NCBI GenBank assembly: GCA_918797485.1
Contig: CAKKNE010000005.1
Coordinates: 868,001 to 932,000, forward strand
Direction of reading: 5' to 3'
From: Pelagomonas calceolata
Taxonomy: Eukaryota
Length of the DNA stretch: 64,000 nt
The notes below the pieces were generated by a model. It ran no database searches and was not told the DNA's origin. It saw only the letters and a list, made by a program, of their open reading frames with translations. Numbering within the stretch: position 1 is the first letter of the stretch; every line of letters starts with the position of its first letter. Both the position numbers and the translations under genes were made by a program. Shown here piece after piece: positions 56,721 to 64,000 of the stretch.

Positions 56721-57481
56721 GTCTAATACCAGTCTGTTTGTCTCGCTCAGGGGGCCATGGGCTCGACCGCGACGCCGCGCGCCCCGGTCCAGAAATCGAA
56801 TTTTTCGTCGGGGACGGCGTCATTGCATCGCTATTTTCGATAGCGATCTAGCTACACGTCGCTCGGCCTGAAACGCCGACACATATAATATGTATACCTA
56901 CCTAGTATGTCTATCTTAGACCAAGGGACCATCGTTGTCTCCTTGAGAGCGAAGCCAGCTCATACAAGTCGACTTCTGCAAAGCCAAGCAGCGCGCAGCG
57001 TTCGCGAACCGACGATTTTCATTTCTCATACCCCTCGCGCGGCCCGCGTGTGCGCTGTAACGCCGCACAGCGCGCCCAAACGCGCTCCGCGCCGCTTCGC
57101 AGGCTTTAGCGCATCAAGAGCGCGTCTCGCCGCACCGTTTAAAAGCCGCACCGCGCGCGCGTCACGCCGCGTCCGCACCGCGCAACCGCGCTACACACTC
57201 CCGCGTTCGTGCCCCACAAACTCGCAGCCGTGCCGCGGCCACGGCCGCGCCGCGCGCGCGGAGCCCGCCTGGGCGCGGCGCGCCGAGGTCGGCGTGGCCG
57301 CCGCGCCCGGCGGCGCGCCGCCGCCGCCGCGCGCCGGGACGAGCCGCGGTCGGCCGCGGCCGGGGTCCTGGCGCGTGCCCTGCGCGGGGCCCGCCGCGAT
57401 CGATCGATCGCGCGTGCAAATCACCAAACGCATCTTCGCCCGCCGTAAACTCACCGAGCGCCCGCACGCAGGCCCGCACTC

Positions 57482-58478
57482 ATGTCCTCCTACAATGACG
57501 TCCGAAAGAAGTTACTCAACGACATGGCCGACCGCAACAGAATTGGCGGCGACGAGGCCGGTGCTGGTGTCTGGGGCGCCATGGCCGACGGCAAGATGAC
57601 CGCGGCCAACTGCGACGAGTTGGCCGAGGAAATGAAGCACGCGACCGGTCTCACCATGGAAAGGAAACGCGCCAACGAGGCGACCGCCGGCGAGAAGAGA
57701 TCCGTGGGCCAGATCCACGAGGCCGATCGCATCGCGTACGAGAAGAAGGTGTCGTCGGAGGCCGCGAAGATGAACTTGGCCCGATGGTCCGAGCTGCAGT
57801 TCGTCTTCAACGCGGAGTGCAAGGCCTTGCTGGCCGCGGCCAAGAAGGAGGTGGAGACGTACCCCGACGGTCCCGCGGCCCGGGTGGAAATGATCACACG
57901 CACGTAGCCTGCCTCACGTGTCGACTCCACACAGGCCCGCCCGAATTGAGACCGTCCTGGAACGCATCGAGCATCTCAGGAACTCGGAAGTGTGTCGGAA
58001 AACGCTCATTTATCCCCTACTCAAAGGCAGGATCTTCGTCTGCGATGGGAAATGCCCACACGGTTCGGGATGCACGAAGCACTATTTGTCCGCACGGGCC
58101 CTCTCCCGCCACAAGCAAGGTGCGCCCGGGGGGGGGAGACGAAGGACGGGACTCGAGCTGGCGCGCGAACGCATTCGAAATCGGGTGCCGCTGAAGCTGG
58201 AGGACGTCGGCTCGTTGAACCACAACGAGGCGAGCGAATACGCCTGGGCCATGGGAACGCGCCGGTGGGCGACTGGAACTAAGCGCAACGACCTCCGCGA
58301 GGCCTGCAAGTTGTGGTTCATCGGGCGCGAGACGGAAGAATTCGTGCCCAGTCTCGATGTTGCAAATCGAGAACGGCGAGGCGGCCGCGGCAATCAAATC
58401 AAATTCGTGCCCGCGCTTCGGCAAGGCGACGTGTCTTATGACATCTGGAGAGAGTACTGGAGGCAGATTGGTTGCTAA
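57482..58478 (+). CDS. Hypothetical protein (probably 2 exons) with C/H zinc-finger-like motif
   Basis: ORFs 57482-57907 and 57918-58478 can be joined by an intron ending CCACACAG at 57934 (donor likely GTAC at 57859); CPHGSGCTKHY...LSRHK. Confidence 0.45.
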
Positions 58479-58698
58479 CGTGCGGCCCGGTGGTGAGATC
58501 TCGACCAAGCCGTCGGGGCCCTAAGATTTCTCCTTCGTCGATGGGCTAGTTTGAGGGGTACCGCCCATGGCCACGGCTTCGGGGCGTCCGAGGCAATCCG
58601 CTAGCGGTCCGTAAGACACTAGCCCTGACCTTGTCCGAGCTTTGCACAGCACTTTGAGCCGTCACCGATGCAAGCGACGATGGTTGACCAATAGAGCG

Positions 58699-60261
58699 AT
58701 GCTCCGTCTTGCCGCTACGACCGCGCGGCGCAGCGCTACGGCCAGGTTTCTGGCTTCTGCCAAGCATGCAGCCAAACCGCGACCGCCTGAGAGGGACCTC
58801 TCGTCGCGCCAGCTCTTCGCCGCGTTGGGACTCCGAACCTTCTCGCGCGAGGAGCTGCGCCAGCGCTTCGACGCCGCCGACGCGGACGCCGACGGGTATC
58901 TGACCCGGCACGAGGCCGCCGAGCTCTTCGGCGGCGCTTTAGATGTGGAAGCGGACCGCAAGGCGGCGGCCCGAGCCGTGCTCCGTAGATTAGACAAGGA
59001 CCAAGACAATAGAGTGTCCTGGGACGAGTTCCGGTCGACCATTTTAGAGGAGGCCTCTCGGCGCGATAGGCGCATCTGGCCTTTAGCAGGTACCATGTTT
59101 CTGGGAGGCTTGTCCGTCGGTGCGGTCATGCCGATCATGCCCATCCTCGTGAGCGAGTTGGGCTTGGGTCCAGCAGATTACGGAGTGGTCATCAGCGCCT
59201 TCGGTTTTGCGAAGTTGGTGGGCAACGTGCCCGCCGCGGCACTAGTAGAATCCTTGGGCCGGCGGCCGCTCGTGGCCGGCGGTTTACTCATGATCGCTTC
59301 CGGTTATGGAGTGACGGCCTTCGCGGACTCGACGCTCGACCTGGCCGGCGCGCGAGCGCTCACGGGCTTGGGCGTGGCCGGCCTCGTGACAGGCTCGTCC
59401 ATGGCCGCCGCCGACCTGTCCACACCATTATCGCGCGCCGCGACCCAAGCTCCCTTAGGTGCGTCCTTCAACGCGGGCACGATCATGGGCCCGGCCATCG
59501 GCGGCGGCCTCGCTGCGTTAGTGGGCCCGTCGGCGACTTTTGCGGCCGTCGGCGGCTTTGTGGCGCTCGACGCGATATTTGCTCGTGTCATGCTGAGCGA
59601 GACGCGCGGCCTTGGTAGTTTGGAGGACGGGCCGCCTCCTGACACGAACATATCTACGATAGTACGACGTGTCAAGCGCTCGTTGCAAGACTCGCCGGAG
59701 TTACGACGGTTGTGTGTCGCGAACTATGCGTATTGGGCGACGTTGGCGGGCGCGTCGATGACCGTGCTTCCATTAGTATTAGCGACGGATCTCGGTGGTT
59801 TGCAAGCTCTCGGACCGGGCCAGATCGGCGCCCTCTTCGCCGGGCAAGCGTGTATCTCGGTGGTGGGCGCCGTGCCGGCCGCTTCCTTGGCGGACAAGTA
59901 CGGCCCGGCGACCATGATCCCGCCCGCTTTGCTCGTGTACGCGGCGGCCTTCGGCGCGCTGCCCTTCGCTTCCGCGCATTCCTACGAGGCCGTCGCGTGT
60001 GCCATGGCGCTGCAGGCGTGCGGGTCGTGCTTACTGGGCTCGGCGCCGTCGGCCGCCGCCGTGAACGCCGTTCCGGATAAAGATCGCGCCGCGGCGCTGG
60101 CGGCTTTGCGCGTCTGCGGCGACGTCGGGCTGCTGACGGGCGCGGCGGCCTTGGGGGGCGTCGCGGCTTGGGCGGGCACGGACGCGGCGTTCTTCTGCGC
60201 GTCTTTTGGACTGGTGGCGTCGGCGGCGCGGTTCCGGTGGGCCGCGCCCGTTTCGACGTAA
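58699..60261 (+). CDS. EF-hand + MFS transporter with mitochondrial-type presequence
   Basis: DADADGYLTRHE and DKDQDNRVSWDEF, followed by 12-TM MFS (LGRR, GPAIGG, LADKYG). Confidence 0.85.
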   Translation: MLRLAATTARRSATARFLASAKHAAKPRPPERDLSSRQLFAALGLRTFSREELRQRFDAADADADGYLTRHEAAELFGGALDVEADRKAAARAVLRRLDKDQDNRVSWDEFRSTILEEASRRDRRIWPLAGTMFLGGLSVGAVMPIMPILVSELGLGPADYGVVISAFGFAKLVGNVPAAALVESLGRRPLVAGGLLMIASGYGVTAFADSTLDLAGARALTGLGVAGLVTGSSMAAADLSTPLSRAATQAPLGASFNAGTIMGPAIGGGLAALVGPSATFAAVGGFVALDAIFARVMLSETRGLGSLEDGPPPDTNISTIVRRVKRSLQDSPELRRLCVANYAYWATLAGASMTVLPLVLATDLGGLQALGPGQIGALFAGQACISVVGAVPAASLADKYGPATMIPPALLVYAAAFGALPFASAHSYEAVACAMALQACGSCLLGSAPSAAAVNAVPDKDRAAALAALRVCGDVGLLTGAAALGGVAAWAGTDAAFFCASFGLVASAARFRWAAPVST

Positions 60262-60567
60262 GTTTTGTTTGTTGTAACTCGATCTGATTGATATCGTCTG
60301 GGAGCGGTACGGGTTTTTTCACGAGCTTGGTGTTGTTGAACTCGGCACGACGTGCTTGTACGCACGGCTTCGTACCGGTTTGTGCAAGCTTTCGATCAAT
60401 TATAGCTGCTGCCGCAGCGTCGAGAGCCGTGCGGCGCCTGGGGCAGAGCACAACTCACTGCTCTCCCAAAATACCTCACAGCCGCCAAGCCACGCCGACG
60501 CAGCGTGCAATTGCCAAGGCGCGTCCTGGCGCTGCGTTTCGCGCGGACGGCGCGAAGAGTAAGGACT

Positions 60568-61707
60568 ATGGCCCAACCATCAAAAAGCGTCGTCAAGACG
60601 GACGCGCCCATCGTCGAGAAGATGCGCAATTTATCAAAGCCGGGCGTCGCGTCGCTGGCCCAAGGCATCGTGCACTGGGCGCCGCCAGATGCCGCCGTCG
60701 AGGCCGCCGCCGCATCAACTCGGGAACCGACGAGCCACTCCTACGGCGCCGACGCCGGGCTGCCGGAGCTGAGAGCGGCTCTAGCGGACCGTTTGAGACT
60801 CAAGGGCCTCACGAATTGCGAAGTCATGGTCACGGCCGGCGCGAACCAGGCGTTTACGAACGTCGCACTAACACTGTTGGATGCCGGCGACGCGTGCGTC
60901 TTGTTCGCGCCGTACTACTTCAACCACAAGATGATGCTCGACATGCGCGGGTGTCGCGTGGTTATTGCTCAGACGGACGACGCGCTGCTGCCCACGGTCG
61001 AGGCGACGCGGAAAGCGTTAGATGGAGGCGCGAGATGCGTGGTCCTCGTAAACCCGGGCAACCCGTCGGGCGCGGTGATCCCGGAAGGGAGGCTAAGGGC
61101 CATCGCGGATCTCTGTGGTGAGAAAAACGCGTGGCTCGTCGTGGACAACACGTACGACGCCTTCGTGTACGGCGCGACGCACTCACTGGTCGAAGGCCCC
61201 CACGTCGTCAACATTTTTAGTTTTTCGAAGGCCTACGGGCTGATGGGCTGGCGCGTGGGCTACCTGGCCTACGACCCGTCGATCGGACCGCAGATGCTGA
61301 AAGCTCAAGACACGGTCGCGATCTGCGCGGCGCAGTGTTCTCAAAAAGCAGCTCTGGCGGCGTTGGAAGCGGACGTTGATGGACGGTGGACGGGCCCGCG
61401 CATCGCGGCCCTCGCCGACGCGCAGAAGAAGCACGTGTTGAAGGCGTTACAACCGCTCGGCGGCGGCGTGGGCGCGTCCGACGGAGCGATCTACGTGGTG
61501 GCCAAACTGCCGCGCGCCGACGACGAGGCCGTCGTCGAGTGGCTGGCGCGCGAGCACGGCGTCGCCGTCATCCCGGGCAGCGCGTGCGGCATGCCGGGGT
61601 TCATACGGGTCTGCTACGGAAACCTGGCGGCCGAGGCGTGCGAGGCCGCGTGCGCGCGCCTCGAGGAGGCGTGCGCCGAGCTCGCGGGCGGGGGCGGGCC
61701 TTCGTAA
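60568..61707 (+). CDS. Class I/II PLP aminotransferase (ISS1/VAS1-like)
   Basis: SLAQG, VTAGANQAF, PYYFNH, NPGNPSG, DNTY, SFSKAYGLMGWRVGY. Confidence 0.92.
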   Translation: MAQPSKSVVKTDAPIVEKMRNLSKPGVASLAQGIVHWAPPDAAVEAAAASTREPTSHSYGADAGLPELRAALADRLRLKGLTNCEVMVTAGANQAFTNVALTLLDAGDACVLFAPYYFNHKMMLDMRGCRVVIAQTDDALLPTVEATRKALDGGARCVVLVNPGNPSGAVIPEGRLRAIADLCGEKNAWLVVDNTYDAFVYGATHSLVEGPHVVNIFSFSKAYGLMGWRVGYLAYDPSIGPQMLKAQDTVAICAAQCSQKAALAALEADVDGRWTGPRIAALADAQKKHVLKALQPLGGGVGASDGAIYVVAKLPRADDEAVVEWLAREHGVAVIPGSACGMPGFIRVCYGNLAAEACEAACARLEEACAELAGGGGPS

Positions 61708-62764
61708 TACACTTTGAATACTCGTAACAGGGGCCGAAGAGGTGCACGTAAGTACTGTCCTCACCCACTGAACTACCCGCTGGACCAAAATATGGCCCCA
61801 TGCACCATAAAAGGTTGCCGTTCAGGCAAAGACCGCCAAGCTCCTCGCCGTCCGGCGACGGGATGACTTGTAGGATTTCAGGCTCCGCGCTATCATCGTC
61901 GGGGAGACGAATCACTTGGATTTGATGGCGTTCAGAAACGTACATGGTTTTGCCACGAACTGAAATGCCACCGGGCCTATCGAAGCGAACGCGACCCCTG
62001 CCAAAGCTGCGCGAAAGGATCCCTTCGCGCCAGTTGTAAACATCGACAATATCTGCATTTCGGCGAACTATGTACAGCGCATCGCCCTGCACCGCGATGC
62101 CCCCCTGCTCTTCGTCCTGCTCAGGCCGGCCAGCCAAGGCAAACTTGCGCAGAAGCGTTCCAGTTTGATTGTCGTACACGTCAATAAAGCAAACAGTCTG
62201 TCCATTTTCGGTGCTGCGATACAAGACCAGTAGCGCATCACCGGCGAGGGCGAATGTATCGATCCAGTATGCATCAGCGATCTCGATTCTCATGAGAGAC
62301 TCGTTGTAGGCGTCTGCCTCGTCGCTATCCTCGTCTGAAGGTGGTTCTGCTAGTCGCACGCAAACGATTCGTGATTCGTCTGACAAGAGGACCCAAGCCG
62401 TACCATCGCCTCGAAGGGCAACCACCCGCGGGGTGTTGAGGTTCGTGTTTAGTTCTGCACCAGCGACGCCGTCGTTCGAGAACGTTGCGAGGCACCCGCT
62501 AAACGCCATTCGCCCGTAATTTGCAATCATCACGCCATCACCGTACGCAACGCAGTGATCGCTATACTGGAATTCTCCGATTTGCTGGCGATGCACGCGC
62601 AGCATCCCTCTGCAGCGGCGGCGCCACGCGTCACGCAACGTCTTGCTGGCCGTCGCGGCGCCAAAGCCGGCTTCGGGAGTGATAAATGAGAAGACAGTGG
62701 AGAGGACATCGTCGGACGCCAGGGCTGGATGGCTTCGCGCGCGAGCGCTGCGGGTCAAAGGCAT
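61601..62764 (-). CDS. F-box-like + beta-propeller (NHL-like) protein; ORF runs into the convergent aminotransferase
   Basis: LASDDVLSTVFSFI; FDRPGGISV...MYVSE..QIQV, GGIAVQGDALY; lower GC than neighbours. Confidence 0.6.
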   Translation of the reverse strand: MPLTRSARARSHPALASDDVLSTVFSFITPEAGFGAATASKTLRDAWRRRCRGMLRVHRQQIGEFQYSDHCVAYGDGVMIANYGRMAFSGCLATFSNDGVAGAELNTNLNTPRVVALRGDGTAWVLLSDESRIVCVRLAEPPSDEDSDEADAYNESLMRIEIADAYWIDTFALAGDALLVLYRSTENGQTVCFIDVYDNQTGTLLRKFALAGRPEQDEEQGGIAVQGDALYIVRRNADIVDVYNWREGILSRSFGRGRVRFDRPGGISVRGKTMYVSERHQIQVIRLPDDDSAEPEILQVIPSPDGEELGGLCLNGNLLWCMGPYFGPAGSSVGEDSTYVHLFGPCYEYSKCITKARPRPRARRTPPRGARTRPRTPRPPGFRSRPV

Positions 62765-63034
62765 GGGTCTTTTGCAGTACTTCTGTGTGTGAGAGTGGCA
62801 AAAAATTTGCGCTAGCGGCATGTAAGACACACTAGGCATTACCAAGCTCCAACTGGCAAGCTGAGTTTGCGACCGCTACTGCAGATATTTGGGCGCAGGA
62901 CGTGGCTGTGACGTTTTATTTTAAAACCCATTAACAGCGAGACCAGTTACGCCGCCGCGCGACACCTGTGCAGCTCTACAGCCCACGAGCCCACGCTGAC
63001 AATCCGCTGCCGCCTCCGCGTCACGCGCCGCACG

Positions 63035-63532
63035 ATGATGCGCCGCCTGCTATTCGTCGTCGCCGCCGCCGCGGCGTCCACCATCACGCCCGAGCAGGCG
63101 TCCAAGCTGAGAAGTTTGGGCTACCGCGCGTCGGAAATCGCGGCGATACGACCCAGCGTCGCGAGCGTCGTGGCGAGGCGAGGCCTGCCGCGACCGAAAG
63201 CGGGCATGCCGCCGTCGTGGGTGGTCGACGACGCGGACCTGGCGCCGGCGCGCGCCCGACCGCGGCCGCTCGCCGGCGTCGTTGGCCTCCTGCAAAAACT
63301 AGCCTTCTCGGTGAGCATGCTCGCACGGGACCTCGCAGAAGTCACACGAAGAGCCGCTATACCGGTCGGCGTTGTCCTCGTCGCGAGCCAGGCGGACCGG
63401 ATTCGATCAACAATGAAATCGCCGAGCGGGGAGGAGGGCTACTTCCTCTTCGACGGGCCGACCGATCCGGCGATGCGTGGCGGGGCGAAGGTCCAGATCT
63501 CGCCGGCGAGCGCCCCCTCGTCGAAACGATAG
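63035..63532 (+). CDS. Hypothetical protein with signal peptide
   Basis: MMRRLLFVVAAAAAS; LRSLGY...EIAAIRPSVA..V..RGLPRP..GMPPSW. Confidence 0.55.
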   Translation: MMRRLLFVVAAAAASTITPEQASKLRSLGYRASEIAAIRPSVASVVARRGLPRPKAGMPPSWVVDDADLAPARARPRPLAGVVGLLQKLAFSVSMLARDLAEVTRRAAIPVGVVLVASQADRIRSTMKSPSGEEGYFLFDGPTDPAMRGGAKVQISPASAPSSKR

Positions 63533-63552
63533 CGTTGTGTCTGTGCGGGCGA

Positions 63553-63621
63553 GTGTGTGGAGATTCTACGCCATCGACGCGACGTCGTCCCCGTAGCTGC
63601 GGCAGCTCGATGGCGTGGAGG
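63553..63621 (+). mobile_element. Degenerate introner-family remnant in 3' UTR/intergenic DNA
   Basis: GTGTGTGGAGAT (TIR-like) + ACGCCATCGACGCGACG...CTCGATGGCGT hairpin; no right TIR. Confidence 0.6.
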
Positions 63622-63657
63622 TTCACGAACTTATAAATAAAACCTGATATTAGTTCA

Positions 63658-64000
63658 TCATAAGAATTGGCGCACGGCGACCGCGTCATACAGGCCCTTC
63701 AGCCGCCACGCCACGGGCAGGCACAGCCGCCGGAAGACGAAGGGCCCCAGCACCGGAATGCCTCTGGACACGAACCACCGGTGGGCACTCAACAGCGGCC
63801 TAGCGCCGTCCAAGACAGAATATCCCGGTAATAAGTCGCCGGCCATGCCGTCCAAACACAGCGCGTTGATCACTAAAGTAGCGTACTGAGCGCCTATTCT
63901 AACCCGATGCTTCCGCACCAACTCCAGCAGACCCCGAACAACATCTCCGAAGTCCACGCCCGTGCCATAGCCCCGGCACTTCTCCCTGAATAAAGTTCGG
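63658..64000 (-). CDS. ABC1/ADCK atypical kinase, C-terminal part (runs off window)
   Basis: DFGDVV..LLELVRKHRVRI...YATLVIN.LCLDGMA..L.P.YSVLD.ARP. Confidence 0.8.
   Translation of the reverse strand, partial: RTLFREKCRGYGTGVDFGDVVRGLLELVRKHRVRIGAQYATLVINALCLDGMAGDLLPGYSVLDGARPLLSAHRWFVSRGIPVLGPFVFRRLCLPVAWRLKGLYDAVAVRQFL

Overview
GC-rich, gene-dense eukaryotic nuclear DNA. I infer a pelagophyte alga (Pelagomonas/Aureococcus-like) from the compact genes, short GC-rich introns, signal-peptide/plastid-type presequences, a selenoprotein and introner elements. The window holds about 45 protein-coding genes or gene remnants. The structure the ORF track does not explain is: (1) a family of TIR/8-bp-TSD introner elements (CTGTGTGGAAAT...ATTTCCACACAG) that created spliceosomal introns in three genes (four insertions, at different stages of decay), plus related GC-AG introns; (2) a ~22-bp CTAG-bracketed motif (CTAGTGTCTTAC-N3-5-CGCTAG) found 16 times, always shortly upstream of a start codon; (3) an interspersed repeat found only between head-to-tail genes and always in the same orientation relative to transcription; (4) a selenoprotein K with an in-frame UGA and a SECIS lacking the apical AA; (5) an LRR-mTERF-mTERF fusion with internal mitochondrial-presequence-like linkers (possible polyprotein); (6) several rearranged or pseudogenised loci. 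Coordinates were read by eye and no database searches were run.
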